Notes: a model not told the origin generated them from the letters alone. Positions 23,256 to 37,800 are shown, counted from the stretch's first letter. The stretch: DNA of 64,000 nt from Vicugna vicugna (GCA_013265495.1 MU058213.1:6402066-6466065), one strand, 5' to 3'. Numbers and translations are program-made.

Positions 23256-24829
23256 TTGAGGGATATAAAAAGAGGTAGTTCCATGAAACTGTCATTTTTT
23301 TGTCCCTTCTAAAGTGATGAGACATCATTTATAACATATCAGTAGAAGAAATTTTTTTTTTCTCTTTGGTATCGGGTCATGTATGTGTTTCTCAAACCAT
23401 TTTATTTTTTAATCTAACCCTAGGATTCACACTACTGATAGTTTTTTTTAAGCTAGAAAGTTTAAAATTGAAAATGAAACCTTCTTTATTCAAGCATAAG
23501 ACTTTCTTGTATGCATTCTGTATTAGCAAGTTCCTGATGGTTTTACTCCTGTCCTGTCTTGTCCCTTTTGTGTCTTTGCCTCATCTTTCCGACTCGTCCT
23601 AATTCTTGTTAATTTAGTATATTTTATATATATAGTAATTTAAATCCTCTTGGTAGGATCAGTGTGAATATAAGTAAAGAAATAAACTGAATACTAACTT
23701 GCGCAGGCTTCCAGAAATGAAAAGCATTCCAGAGGAAATAGAATAGTTGCCCTTTTATTATTTTTTTTCTAAAACTCTCCAACTCAAAGTCACATGCTGT
23801 GAAACTGGGAGGAAAAAAGTGAGATTTAAGAGGGAGGCAAGGAAAGGAGATAGAAGAGGCCGAAGAGGAGGCTGGAAATACATGGGGCAGGAGGGAGAGA
23901 GCTTTTTTCCCAAAGCAGAATGAAATAGCTCTTCTCCAGGAGTGAGATTTCCCCTTTTAGTATAGACGATCAGACATCATGCAATAGCAAGGACCTTCCC
24001 ACAGTGGCCTGGCCAGCCCTAGGTGGTTTGCACGGGTGTATTGAAAGTGCAGCTTCTCCTGTGTGGTGGTTTGGGAGTGTCTAGTATTTATTTTTTCCCC
24101 TCACATTGAGGTTCTGGACCCCTCTGGCTTCCTCATGACTCACAAGCCTGGGGCTCCCGCCCAGCAGTGACTGTACCATTCCAGGAAGGCAGTCACCCAT
24201 TATCCTCATTATGGACTCTTAGCGGTCCTCCCAGGGCACACACATAGCGACCGACCTGAGCCACCAGCTGGCTGAGCACGGCTGTGAAACTGACAGCCGC
24301 CCTGACACTGGGGCCACAACCCCAGGGAAGTTGTCAGAGGAGAGATAATGACTGCTCGTTACCTGATTGACTTGATCCGGAAGTGCCCCAGTATCTCGCA
24401 GCCCCCATGACTTGCTAACGCATTTACTGTGGGCACAGAGTAAATGTTTAACCCTACCTGCTTTATCATCGTTAACATTTGTATTTATTTTACTGCCTGT
24501 GTTGATTCTGTGTTCACTTGCTGCAAGAATGTTCCCTCATCTCCCTCCGGGGGGGCTGCACTCTGAACACTGCCCAACATCTGGAAGCCCTTTACGACGC
24601 TTAGTAAATGCCTGACTCACGTCTGCCCGTAAATTCTTGTCAATCTAAGTGAATGGTTCTGTTATATCGTCTTGCTGATTTTCTTCCTGCTTTCATCACA
24701 CACACAGATCCTCAGACTGAAAAAAAAAAACACATTAAAAAAAGCCCAAAAGGTGGGTGTCCCACCTACCTGCTCAAGTTCCTTTTTTCTTTTGGCAGGT
24801 AGCTCAATTCCATCTCCCCATGGCCAGAA

Positions 24830-25490
24830 TTAAGTAAAGAATGATGCATTAAGCACCTTCTATGTACCGGATACTGTTCTAGGGACCAGGGATGCAGCAG
24901 CGAACAAAACACTCTCCTTGCTTCATGGAGTGAAGTCTGCCATCAGAGGAGAGAGGCAATGAACTAAATGTGTGATAAACTAAATGTGTAAAATACACGG
25001 TGGCAAGTGCTATAGAGGTAAATCAACCAGGAAAGGGGGATGGGGTACGTGTGTACACATGGAGGGGTGTGATTGGAAAGTGGGTGATGGGCGAAGGTGC
25101 TCCTGAGAAGGTGGCGTTTGAGTGATGACTTGCAGGAGTGAGCGATGCAGGTACCCAGGGATGGGTGATGAGGTAATGGAATATGAGTGAGAACAGAGGC
25201 CTTGAGGAAGGGAAGGGAGTTGTTGCAGTGCCAGGAGCAGCCGAGAGGCCCCTGGCTGGAGCTGTGGTCTGAGAATTGGAAGGAGAGAGGCAGATGATGG
25301 AGGACCTTGAAGGGCTGTGTGAGGAATTTGGCTTTGGCTGAGGTGACAGCCACTAGGAAGTTGTGAGCAGAGGAGAGATGTAATCAGTTTCAATTGCTTC
25401 CTGTAACTTCTCTAGGAGAGAGAGTGTCAAGGAAGCAAGGAGCCCAGTTACATGCTGGCTTGGCCTCAGGGCAGTGACCTGAGGGGTGGA
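24830..25490 (-). mobile_element. L2 3' region
   Basis: cattaagcaccttctatgtaccggatactgttctagg...ttgtgagcagaggagagatgtaatcag are L2 motifs. Confidence 0.7.
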
Positions 25491-27138
25491 AAAATCCTGG
25501 TGGCCCACACAGGACCCAGAGATGGTGACTGGTCTGCTGTTTCAAACTCCCAAAAATATTAAAGACGAAAGTTCTAAATCAGGTGATTGATTCTTATGAT
25601 TTTTATGTAACTTTAGATTTCAGTAAATGGGTATTTGATGCTATCAAGAATGATAAAAGTGATACTGGTGAGTTATGTTCAACTTTACAGAAAAGTTTTA
25701 TACAGACAGCTTCACTGAGTCTTTTTAACTAGCCCATAAGGTAGATAACATTGCCTATTTTAGCTTAAATTGTTGTAAGAAAATTAGTACAAGATAAAGT
25801 AAAATTCAGATGGAATCAAATGGTACCAAAATGAGAAATGCTTTCTTGGTCATCTCAGCCCTGTCTCCCTCGGACGGTCTGAGTTTCTCGAGTCCTTGGA
25901 GAAATCGTCTAGCACATAAAAGCATGTAATTTCTATCTCCCACCCAAACAGGATCAACACAGCACTTTTTCTGTGCCTTGAGTTTTTTCACTTGCTAATC
26001 CATTGTGGTGCCCTTGGCATATTCACAAGTGGGATCTACCCCTGGTCTTTGTAATGTCTACATAGAATTCCAAGGTCTCGGTGTATCATATTTTAAGTAA
26101 GATGACATGAAAATCTTGGGAGATAAGCGGGTTGGGGTAGGGAAGAGTGTTACTCTGTAAAAGAGGAAACTGGGTCAGAGAGAGATGGTGACTGGCCCCC
26201 CTGTCTAGGAATTAGTGAAAGAACTAAGCCCCAAGTCTTGTAATCCCTACCATAACCGAGAAAGCATCCTTGGGAGTGAGAGGGACAGAGGGCAAGGTGG
26301 TTAGAGATGGTGTGGGAGGGGCTCTCAGACCATCCAGGGGCCACACTGGAGAATCTCCTCCTGCAGGACCTCACCTCTCTGCCGACCCTCAGGTTCCCGT
26401 CAGTTGAGGACCAGCTCTGATGTTCTGACACAGCTGCTAAGGGCTTAATGGGAAAGCTCTTATACCAGGGGAGCAATTAAGCTTGTCAGGTTAGAGATCA
26501 CCTAGTACCGTGATGGCAACGGTCCCAACACTGAGCCACACACCTGTGTGCATTTCTCTGTGTCCCCTTCCTCCGCCAGGTAGGATGTGCGGGGCCACAG
26601 TGACCTCCTTTGCAGGAGCAAAGCGGGCGCCTGGCACAGAACTCTTTATACATTTTGTGTTTTCAAAATGGATGGATCCTGTTTTTTTCTGATAATAAAG
26701 GTGGTGCATGTTCATTTCAACACGTATATACACTACGCATGTATGTAACTTCCAAATAATGCTCCCAGGGCAGCAAAGCCCTGATAACAAGTTGAGGTCC
26801 ATTTCCAGGCCAGGTTTCTGGTGTGTTCCTGCATACGTGAGTGTGTAAGTGAGCGTATGTGCTGGTAAACGTGTGTCCGTGTTATTCATACTGCCCTACG
26901 TCTGTTTTTGTTGACAACCTGTCCTGGCTCTTTCCCCAGGCTGTCTCATTCTTTCTATGCTTTAACTCATTTTTTTTAAAGACTGCAAATGACTCTATAA
27001 AAACGTTTTAATGACTTCATAGCGTTCACAGACTGGAAGTACCATAATGTATTCTTATTTTGGTGGCTTTCAATTTCTCAGTCTTACAAATAGACTCTCA
27101 GTGAACATAGACACGCCCACTGAAGATGCTCAATTATT

Positions 27139-27250
27139 TTTTGGAGGGGGGAGGTAATTAGATTTATTTATTTACTTATTTTTCACTGGAGGGACTGGGG
27201 ATTGAACCCCGGGCCTCATGCATGCTAAGCACGTGCTCTACCACTGAACT
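27139..27250 (-). mobile_element. vic-1-type SINE, slightly 5'-truncated, perfect 13-bp TSD
   Basis: TSD atgctcaattatt at 27126-27138 and 27251-27263. Confidence 0.9.
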
Positions 27251-27924
27251 ATGCTCAATTATTCAACTCATCAGTGGGACAAAACCAGATCAGACTTGTT
27301 GCCTGGAAGTCAGGGGAGCCAGGCTTTCTTTCCAGTGTGGGTATCTTGGATGTGTCCTTGTTCAGCTTTGTGACATTAGGCCAAACCTGTCCCCTTTCCA
27401 GATCCCTTTTCCCCTAACCTCACAAAAAATTTAAACTCAGAAGCAGAAAGTGTCAATAGTGGAAACTCTGCTGTGTGTGAAGGCATCACTGAGCACCATG
27501 GGAACAGCAAGAAGCACAGAACGTGTCCCAGGCCCCCAAAGCATCAAACCCTGGGGATGCAGCACGTGTATGTGGTATACCAGGTGAATCGGGATCCTTC
27601 CCGCCACCCTCCTGTCTTACAGAAAGGCAGGGGCTTGCTAATAGCAGGGAAAGGGTGGCAATTCAGAAGCAGCGTAAACCAAACACAGGGCTGGCAGAGT
27701 GGCAGGAACGTTTGGGGACAGTGAGGGGCACAGTGGACTGAAAAGTTCAGGTGAGTGAGTGGTGAAAATGAGAAAGGCAGTGGGGTGGTGGTAGGGCTTT
27801 GAATGTCAAGGAAGGGTGTTCGGACTTGACATGTCATCTAAAGGCAATGAGAAATCCTAGAAGCTGAGGGTGGGTTGGCAATTCATAGAACCACAATGCC
27901 CACTCTGTGGCTGGGTAAAAGGGG

Positions 27925-27950
27925 CGTGCGTGTGTGTGTGTGTGTGTGTG
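27925..27950. repeat. (TG)n microsatellite
   Basis: Seen directly. Confidence 0.9.
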
Positions 27951-28916
27951 GACATTGGGATTATACCTTAGAATGTAATTGCTGGAAGGGTGTGTAGCCC
28001 AACTCTTTGATTTGAAGAGATAACGAAGACCAAGGTGGGTGAGGGTCTTGGCCCAGGGCATATTGACAGTGGCAGGTGCAGCTGTGGACACACACCTGGG
28101 CTGTGTGGCTGAGTGATGCTGTAGTCTCACTGTCAGTCTCCTGAAGGCCTGTAACACGACAGCTCGGAAAAATCACTGAGCTTGGCATCGGGAGGTCAGG
28201 GTTCCAGTTCCAACTCTGTCCTGGCTGAGGATTCAGACCCGCCGCCTGGCCATGGGCAGGTTCTCTGTAGTGAAATGGAAACATCGGATTAGAGCACATG
28301 ACTTGTTCTCCACCCTCGCAGTCTAAATCACACTTCTGCATTTTGAAAAGCCTTTTTGTACATAATACCTCACTTAACTCTTAGCCCAATTGTGGGTGTG
28401 GATGGAAGAGATGATACTTGATATAAGGGAGGAGGAAATCAGGGATTGGAGAAGGGTTACATGACTTGTTTCAGGTTATTCAGTGGATAAAGAGCAAAAC
28501 CATGTTTCAGGCTCCTCCTTCAGTGCCCTTTCCACCCTTCAGTGCCCACATCACCCAGAAGAAGGGTAATCATTTCCCTTCAACTTCCTGTTTGTTAACT
28601 GAGGTTTCTTCCAAACAAGATCCAACCACACCTGAGTAGGGCTCAGCGTGGGTTTGCCCCATAGGAGGTACTCAACGTTGCTGGTCAAAGAGGAGAGAAG
28701 GAGGTAAGTGAAAAAAGACTTTTTTGGAGAAAATAAACCACCAGGCTCTCTGTCCTCTTTACACTTTATTTTCTTCTCACCGTCCTTTCCTGTTGTTACT
28801 CTGGTTTTGTCCATTAAGTTCAATGGGGAAGAAAGTATTTATAATGTTGTCACTACCCTGTTTTGTAACGTGTATTTTCAATTGAAATTCATGGCCACTA
28901 TACTTTTTCTTATGTA

Positions 28917-29635
28917 TTTTTTTAATTGAAGTATAGTCTGTTAACAGTGTTGTGTCAATTTCTGGTGTACAAGCACAATGCTTCAGTCACATATGAACAT
29001 ATATATATATATTTGCTTTCATATTTTTTTTACCATAAGTTACTGTAAGATATCAAATATAGTTCCCTGTGCTATACAGCATGAACTTGTTTATCTATTA
29101 TATATGTCAGTTAGTATCTGCAAATCTCTAACTCCAAAATTAACCCCTCCCACACTCCTCCCTACCTGGTAACCACAAGTTTGTTCTCTATGTCTGAGAG
29201 TCTTTTTCTGTTTTGCAAATAAGTTCACTTGTCTTTTTTTTTTTTTTTAAGATTCCACATATAAGTGATATCATATGGTATTTTTCTTTCTCTTTCTGGC
29301 TTACTTCACTTAGAATGACAATCTCCAGGTCCATCCATGTTGCTACAAATAATATTATTTTATTATTTTTTATGGCTGAGTAGTATTCTGTTGTATAAAT
29401 ACACCACAAGTTCTTTATCCAGTCATCTGTCAGTGAACATTTAGGCTGTTTCCATGTCTTGGCTATTGTAAGTAGTGCTGCTATGAACACTGGTATGCAT
29501 GTATCTTTTTGAATTAAGTTTACCTCTGATAAATGCCCAGGAGTGGGATTGCTGGATCATATGGTAAGTCTGACTTTAGTCTTTTGTGGAATCTCCATAC
29601 TGTTTTCCACAGTGGCGGCACCAAACTACATTCCC
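28917..29635 (-). mobile_element. L1 3' fragment
   Basis: Antisense 3'UTR and ORF2 end ([18 protein letters not shown]...EYYSAIK). Confidence 0.9.
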
Positions 29636-29637
29636 TT

Positions 29638-32600
29638 AATTAAAAAGTACCTTAAGACAAATGACAATGAAAACACAACCACACAAAATCAGTGGATGCA
29701 CCATAAGCAGTCCTAACAGGGAAGTTCATAGTGACACAGGCCTTCCTCAAAAAAAGGAGAAAAATCTCAAACAACCTAACGTATCACCTGAAAGATTTAG
29801 AAGAACAAACAAAACCTAAAGCCAGCAGAAGGAAAGAAATAATAAAGATCAGAGAGCAAATAAATAAACAGATTAAAAAATAGAAAAAAGTAATAAAACT
29901 AAGAGCTGGTTTTTTGAAAGAACAAACAAAAACCAGCAAACCTCTGGCCAGACTCACCAAGAAGAAAACAGGACCCAAATAAGCAAAGTAGGAAACAAAA
30001 GAGGAGAAATAACAACCAACACCAAACAGATGAACAGGAAACCACTATGAACAATTTTATGCCAACAAATTGTAGAACCTAGAATAAACTGACAAGTTTC
30101 TAGAGGCATACAGTCCACCAAAACTGAATCAAGAAGAAATAGATAATTTGACCAGACCAATCACTAGAAGTGAAGTAGAATCTGTAAAAAAACAACAAAC
30201 TCCTAGAAAACAAACAAAAAACTGCCTGCAAACAGAGATCAGGACTGGGTGGCTTCACGAGGGGATTATACCAAACATACAAAGAAGAACTTATTCTGAT
30301 CCTTCTCAAACTCTTCAGAAAGATTGAAGAGAAGGGAACATTCCCAAACTCATTCTATGATGCCACCATCACCCTGATACCAAAACTAGACAAAGACACC
30401 TCCAAAAAAAAATTATAGATCAATATGTTTGATGATTATAGATGTAAAAATTATCAACAAGATATGAGCAAACTGAATTGAACAACACATAAAAAAGGTC
30501 ATACACTGCAATCAGTTGTATTCATCGCAGGGATACAAGAATGGCTCAGAATATGCAAATCAGTGTGATACACAACATGAACAAAAGACAAGGCAAAAAC
30601 CACATGATCCTCTCAATAGAGACAGAAAAAGCATTTGATAAAATTCGACATCCATTTATGATTAAAAACTCTTAACCAAAGTGGGTATAGAGGGAAAATA
30701 TCTCAACATAATAAAAGCTATTTATGACAAACCCACTGCTAACATAATACTGAATGTTGAAAAGCTGAAAACCTTCCTGCTAAAATCTGGAACAACACAG
30801 TGATGCCCACTCTCACCACGTCTATTTAACATAGTGTTGGGAGTCCTAGCCACAGCAATCAAGAAAAAGAATTCAGAGGAATCCAGATTAGAAGGGAAGT
30901 GGTAAAGTCACTATATGAAGATGACATGATACACTATATATATATATAACCCTAAAGACTTCACACAAAAACTACTAGAACTGATAAATGAATTCAGCAA
31001 GGTAGCAGGATATAAGATTAACTTACAGAAATCTGTTGCATTTCTTTACACTAAAAATGAAATATCAGAAAATGAAAGTAAAAAAAAAAATCCCTCTTAA
31101 AATCACATAAAAATATTCAGGAATAAACCTGGCCAAGGAGGTGAAAGACATATATGCTGAAGACTATAAAACATTAATAAGGGAAATTAAAGATGATTTT
31201 TAGAAATGGAAAGGTTCCCATGCTCTTGGATTTGAAGAATTAATATTGTTAAAATGGCCATACTACCCAAAGCAATCTACCGATTTAGTATGATCCCTAT
31301 CAAATTACCCAAGACAATTTTCACAGAATAGGACAAATAATCCTAAAATTTGTGTAGAATCATAAAAGACCCAGAATTGCTACAGCAATACTTAGAAAAA
31401 AGAATGAAACTGGAGGCATAACCCTCCAGTTTCTGATACTGATATTGTGGTATCAGTACAAAACAGACATATGGATCAGTGGAACAGAATAGAGAGCCCA
31501 GAAATAAACCCACATACCTGTGGTCAATTAATCTTTCACAAGAAAGGCAAGAATACACAATAGAGAAAAGACAGTTTCTTCAGCAAGTGGTGTTGGGAAG
31601 CTGGACAGCTACATGTAGATCAATGGTTAGAACACTCTCATACCACACACAAAAATAAACTCAAAATAGCTTAAATACTTAAACATGACAGGACACCATA
31701 AATGTCCTAGAAGAGAACACATGCAGTAGATTCCAACAAAAATCGTACCAATGTTCTCCTGCTTCAGCCTCCCAAGGCAATAGAAATAAAAGCAAAATTA
31801 AACACATGTGACTGAATCAAACATAAGATTTTTCACAGCAAAGCAAACCATAAACAAAACAAAAAGACAGCCTATGGACTGAGAGAAGACATTTGCAAAT
31901 AATGTGACTGACAATGGATTAATTTCCAGAATATGTAACATATATGATCATCATTAAAAGGTCCACAAATAATAAATGCTGGAGAGAGTGTGGATAAAAG
32001 GAAACCTTTCTATACTGTTGGTGGGAATGTAATGTGTTACAGCTACTAGAGAAAACAGTATAGAGATTCTTTTAAAAAACTAAAAATAGAGTTACTGCAT
32101 GATACAGCAGTCCCATTCCTGGGCATATATCCAGAGAAAAACATAACTCAAAAAGATACATGTACCCCAGTGTTTATAGCAGCACTATTAACAATAGCCA
32201 AGGCATGGAAGCAACCTAAATGTCCATCTACAGACAACGGATAAAGAAGTGATTATATATATATATATATACACACACACATACACATACACACATATAC
32301 ACAATGGAATATTACTCAGCCATAAAAATGAAATAATGCCATTTGCAGCAATATGGATGGGCCCAGAGATTATCACACTACGTGAAGTAAGTCAAAGACA
32401 AATATATGATATCATTTAAATGTGGAATCCAAAAAATATAATACAAATGATCTTATTTACAAAACAGAAGAAGACTGTCACAGACATAGAAAACTTATGG
32501 TTACCAAAGCAAAAACAGGGCAGGAGAGGGATAAATTAGGAGTTTGGGATTAGCAGATACAAACTACTATATGTAAAATAAACAACAAGGTCCTACTGTA

Positions 32601-32742
32601 TAGCACAGGGAACTACGTTCAATATCTTGTAATAATCTATAATGAAAAAGTGTATGTATAAATGAATCACTGTGCTGTACATCAGAAACTAACACAACAT
32701 TGTAAATCAACTACACTTCAAAAAAAAAAAGTAAAAAAAAAA
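29638..32742 (+). mobile_element. L1 ORF2 (RT region to 3' end) with poly(A), disrupted
   Basis: Degenerate RT motifs TQ*CPLS (~30794-30815) and LYEDDMI (30911-30931). Many stops and frameshifts, an internal deletion near 31945, A-tail 32720-32742. Confidence 0.93.
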
Positions 32743-32749
32743 ATTCCTG

Positions 32750-35440
32750 AAACCATTAAAGTATTAGAAGACATGGAAGAATTCCTTTATGTGCTAGAGT
32801 GGGGAAGACCTTTCTAAATAGGACTTGAGTCAGAATCTAAAAAGAGAAGGTACATAACTTTAACTACACTAGAGAAAGAGAAAAACAAACAAATCCTCCA
32901 ACTGGCAAAACATACATCATAAGAAAAGGCAAAAAGGAGAATAGCAACCTGGGGGGAAATAGCTGTGACTCGTGTCACAGGGTGAGGGTGAAGGGCTAGT
33001 GTCTCTGCTATGACAAGAGCTCACAGAAACTGGGAAGAAAGGGATTAAGACTCAGAGGAAAGGGGCAGAATATGTGGACAATTTGTAGAAAAGCAAACAA
33101 AAATGGCTCTCACGTATTTGGTGGAAAGGTAGAGTGCAACTTTATACATAATTAAAGAAATGGAAAATAACACTAGGCTGATATACCAGATGGGCAAAAA
33201 TTACCAAGTTAGGTGACCCACACTGATGACAGGGCAGGGGGGACATGGCTGGTGGAAGTGCAAATTGGTTCTGTGTTGACATTATCAAAGTTAATGCACA
33301 CTCTGCCTTACAGCAATTCAATTTCTGGGGCTTTCTCCTATAGATACACAGCTATGCTCATATTAAATTATGTATCTGTGAAGTTATTCATTGTAGCATT
33401 CTTTGCAATAGGGAAAGGTTAGAAACAAACCAAATGTCTTTCAATAGAGGACTAGCCAGGGTACATAGGAAATACGGAAAACCATGCCGCTGTAGAAGAG
33501 AATCTGTGGAAAGATCTGTCAGATCTATTAACTAAAAGACAAACCAAACAACCCAAGCAACAAACAGCAAGGTAGAGACCAAAAATATGCTTGTATCTTG
33601 TGTAGAAGAAAGGGGGATGGTAAGGATATATTGATGTGTCCTGTACATACACTTAAAAAATGTGCCTTGTAATGGGAAGTTAAAGTAGTCCTACATCAGA
33701 GAGGCTATGGGAACTGGGTGGCAGAGGACAAGTGTGGGTGGCCGCAGGACCTTCCGTTGTACACCTTCAACACTTCTGCAGTCAGATGACATACAGAAAA
33801 GAACAGAATGTATAATGCTTTGCTGAACTACTGTAAAGTGAACACTGTGAAACCATCATCCAGGTGAACAAATAGAACATTGCATCACCCCATGAGCCTC
33901 TCCATTATAACCTGTCCCCAAAGATTACTGCTATCCTGATTATTACAGTCATCGCTTTCTTGCTTTATGGTTTTGTTGCCTAGGTATGTGTCTCTAAAGA
34001 CTGGTGGTGTTTGAGTTACTGGATAACACCATATATCTGTGGATATGCTACATATCCTTTTGTAACAAGCTGCTTTGTGCATTTTATTTGTCCGATTCAT
34101 CCATGTTGTATGTAGCTATAGTTTGTTCATTTTATTGCTGGGTACACTATTCCACTATGTAAATATGCTGCAATTAATTATCTATTCTGCTGCAGCTGAA
34201 CATTTGGGCTGTTTCCTGGTTAGGGCTGTGATATCATGATTTATAGAAAATACATGTTTGGTCTTTGTCCGTGGTTCTTGGCTCATCGTTCTCAAAACCC
34301 TTGGCATTTCCCAGTGATAACAGCAATGGGAGCATTTTTGTTCTAATATTTGGGCTCTGGTCCTCAATAGCTTCAAAGCCATAAAACCAAAATTCTTAAC
34401 AAGCCCCTTTCTACCACATTGGTTTCATGTTAATGAAGTGACTTTGGGAAATATTTTAGAGGGTTGGAATTTTCAGTCCCGCCACCACCCTAACCCCTAC
34501 CTCCAGAGAGGGGAAGGGGGCTAAACTGAATCAATACCAATGGCCAATGACTTAATCAATAGTGTCCATGCAATGAAGCCTCCATAAAAACTCAAAAGGA
34601 ACAGGTCTGAGGAGCTTCCAGTTTAGGGAACCAAATGTCTTCCATATGCCACCATGTAGGGTCCCACACTCCACAAAGACAGAAGCACCTTTGTTCAGGA
34701 CCTTACCTACTCATATGGCTGTTGATGTTTGTCATTTAATATCCTTGGTAATAAACCAGCAGTCTAGTGAGTAAATGGGTTTCCCGAGTTCTGTGAGCCA
34801 GTAAACAAATTGAACCCAGGGAGAGGGTCATGGGAACCTCTGATTTGGTCAGAAGCACAAATAACCTAGGCTTGTGAATATCATATGAAGTGGAGGGCAA
34901 TCGCATGGGACTAAGCCCTTAACTCGTGAAGTCGGATGCTATGCCTGGGTAGACAGTGTTGGAAGTCAGCTGAACTGTAGGCCACCCAGCTGGTGTTGGA
35001 GAGTTGCTTGGTGGTGTGAGAAGAACTTCCCTCTGCATTAAATTGGGTTGTGTGGGACTTACAGGGGCTACTGAAGATAAGGCTCCTGGGGATATTTTTG
35101 TATGTATATCTTGGTGAACAGGTACACAAATTTCTGTTAGATGTATATTTCCGAGAGGAATTTCTGGGTCAGCGTATGAGCACCTTCAGCTTCGATAGAT
35201 GCCGACAAACTGTTTTCAGTGGCTGTACCAGTTTATATTCCAACCAGCAATGTAGAATTTGTTAGTTCACATCCTCACCAACACTTGGTATTGTTAGTCT
35301 TTTAAACTTGAGGCATTCAGCAGGTCTGTAATATTATCTCATGGTGGCTTTAATTGGTATTTTCCTGTTGCTAATGAAGTTGAGCATGTTTTCATATTTA
35401 CTGGCCATTTGGATATCCTCACTTGTAAATACCTGGTCTC
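32750..35440. mobile_element. Old L1M fragments (+ strand ~32750-33790; - strand ~33800-35440, split by an LTR)
   Basis: Highly diverged L1 ORF2 and 3'UTR motifs. Confidence 0.6.
34227..35063. mobile_element. MER21-like LTR inserted in an old L1
   Basis: tgtgatatcatgatttatag...tttggtctttgtccgtggttcttggc terminus and CA end. Flanked by (a/g)gggc. Related to 60595-61412 in the opposite orientation. Confidence 0.75.
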
Positions 35441-35656
35441 TTACCATTTTCTTCTTTCATTTCATTTCTTCTACCATTTCTTCCTCTTGGATTCTTGTCT
35501 TTTCTTCTCACTCTGAAAAGAAATGTTTTGTGACATGGCAAATGCCATCTTCATCTTTGTGTCCAGTCTTGACATTCTCATTCTTTCTCTCAGCCTCGCT
35601 TTCTTCACTTGGTAATTTATATAACACACTGTCCTCCACCTTGTCCTTTAAAAATA

Positions 35657-35972
35657 CAGTTGACCCTTGACCAACACAGGGATTAGGGGTGCCCCCGCCC
35701 CAGTCAAAAATCCAGGTACTGCTGTCTGCCTCAAAAACAAAGGTCTTGATAAATGATTCACTCAAGGGCAGGAAGCTGAAGTGGCTTGGACAGAATCAGG
35801 ATTCAAACTCTGGTTCTTTTGCTCCCACATTCTGTGATCTTGAATCAAGCGCAAACTTTGTCCCACACTCGTGTGTTTAAAATGTAGATACAGGTATTCT
35901 ATTTATTGGAAAAAATTCACCTATAAGTGGACTCACGCAATTCAAGCCTGTGTTACGGAAAGGTCACCTATG
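35657..35972. mobile_element. Tigger2-like internally deleted TcMar element
   Basis: TA followed by cagttgacccttgaccaacac at the left end. Inverted end ...tataagtggactcacgcaattcaagcctgtgtt...aaggtcacc at the right. Confidence 0.65.
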
Positions 35973-36374
35973 TATCTTGAGGTTCTTTCCACTGTCACTA
36001 CGTTAAAAAAAAACTCCCTACTTTTTATAGCTATATTGTGTTCTTATGTCAATTTACTATAATTGATTTTAAGAAACTTTTATTAGACCTATTGATGGGC
36101 ATCAAAGTGTTTATACTACTTTGCAAATATATTGCAAACAATGCTTTGGCACGTCTTCCCGAAATACATTTTTGTGTATATTGAAGTATTTCTGTAGGGT
36201 AATTTGCCAGCAATAGCAAGGCAGGTCAGAGCAATTGCTTTTGTTATGTTGATAATCTGTATCACGTAGCTTTTCATAGAGGCCACCCTTTTTATCTGAG
36301 CTCCGGTTTCTCTGGTTCTGTCGTATTTAATTTTTTCAACTCTAATAGGCAACAAATGGTGCCTTAATGGAGTT

Positions 36375-37085
36375 AAAAGAAACTTTAGTATGACTGACAT
36401 AAAATAATATGCATATATTTAAATTGTACAGTTTGTTAAGTTTTGATGTATGGATCCATTTGTGAAGCCATTACCACAATTCAGCTAACGAACCTGTCCG
36501 TCATCCCCCAAAGTTTCCTTCTGGCCCTTTGTATTCCTGTCCCCTTCCTTCCTCACTTCTCCCTCTCTAAGCAACCAATGATCTGTTTTCCGTCACTAGA
36601 GATTAGTTGGCATTTGCTAATTTGTTTACCCATTCACCTGCTGATGGACAGTTGACTTGTTTGCAGTTTTTATTTTATTTTATTTTTTTTACTGTTACAG
36701 AAACTGTTATAAGTGTTTATGTACAAGTCATTGTATGGACAAATACTTCCCTTTCTCCTGGGTAAATACCTAGGAGTGAAATGGCTGGATTACATCACAG
36801 GTGTGGAACTTTTTCAAGAAGCTACCAAATTGGTTTCCAAAGTAGTTGTACTAATTTTTCATTCCCATCAGCAGAGTATGAGAGTTCTAATCTCTCCACA
36901 TTCTTAACAGCACTTGATACGGCCAAGGTTTTTAAAATTTCAGCCACTTGAATAGGGGTGTAGTGGTATCTTGTGGTTTTAATATACATTTTCCTAATGA
37001 TTAATGACATTGAGCATCTTTATGTGCTTTTTTTTTTGCCACTTGTGTATCTTTTTATGGTGAAGTATCTCTCTGAATCTTTAGC
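36375..37085 (-). mobile_element. Old L1 3' region
   Basis: gggtaaatacctaggagtgaaatggctggat...cattcccatcagcagagtatgagag are L1M motifs. Confidence 0.75.
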
Positions 37086-37088
37086 CTA

Positions 37089-37221
37089 TTTTTATTTGTT
37101 TGATTTTGCGGGGGGGGCGGTAATTAGGTTTATTTATTCATTTGATGGGGGTACTGGGGATGGAACCCAGGACCTTGTGTGTGCTAAGCATGAGCTCTAC
37201 CACTTGAGCTATGCCCTCCCC
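37089..37221 (-). mobile_element. vic-1-type SINE
   Basis: ggtaattaggtttattt...gtactggggatggaacccaggacc...cacttgagctatgccctcccc. Confidence 0.88.
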
Positions 37222-37800
37222 GCCACTTTCAGTCTGTTTATATCACACCTGACTTACATGCGATTTTTTATCAAATATTCGAGTTCTAATTCATTTCAAA
37301 TCCCACAAGACATAGTTGCTGCTGGTTTTATTTTCATTTAGATTTTCTGGTTTTCTTTCATCGTTCCCGTTCTTCATCTCTGTGCTTCCACTTGGGACTG
37401 AATTCTCCAGCCTGAAGGTCATTCTCTCATGTCTCCTTTACTGCAGGCAGCCAGTTCTTAGTGTCGGTCTAAAACTTCTTTTTCTTTCAGTCTCAAAGGT
37501 TGATTTCACTGGTTGTAGAATTCTAGGTTGGCAGTCATCTTCGTCCAGAAGCTGGTAATCTCTTTCCATTACTTCCTGGTTTCTGTCATTGAGATTCTAT
37601 CATGTTAGCTCTTAGTTTAGTTTGTTGGAAAACAATAAGCCTTTTTTTTTTTTTCTTTTCCTCTGGCTGCTTCTGCATTTTAGGATTTTCTTTGCCTTTG
37701 GTTCTGGGCAGTTTTCCTATCACATGTCTAGAAAAAAGGTTTGTAAAATTTATTTTGCTTGGGGTTTACAAGGCTTCTCTCATCTGTGGATCAATGTCTT

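Noticed and set aside
29638..32742. Active L1 or intact reverse transcriptase
   Set aside because: 5'-truncated, stop in the QGCPLS motif, altered catalytic motif, frameshifts and internal deletions.
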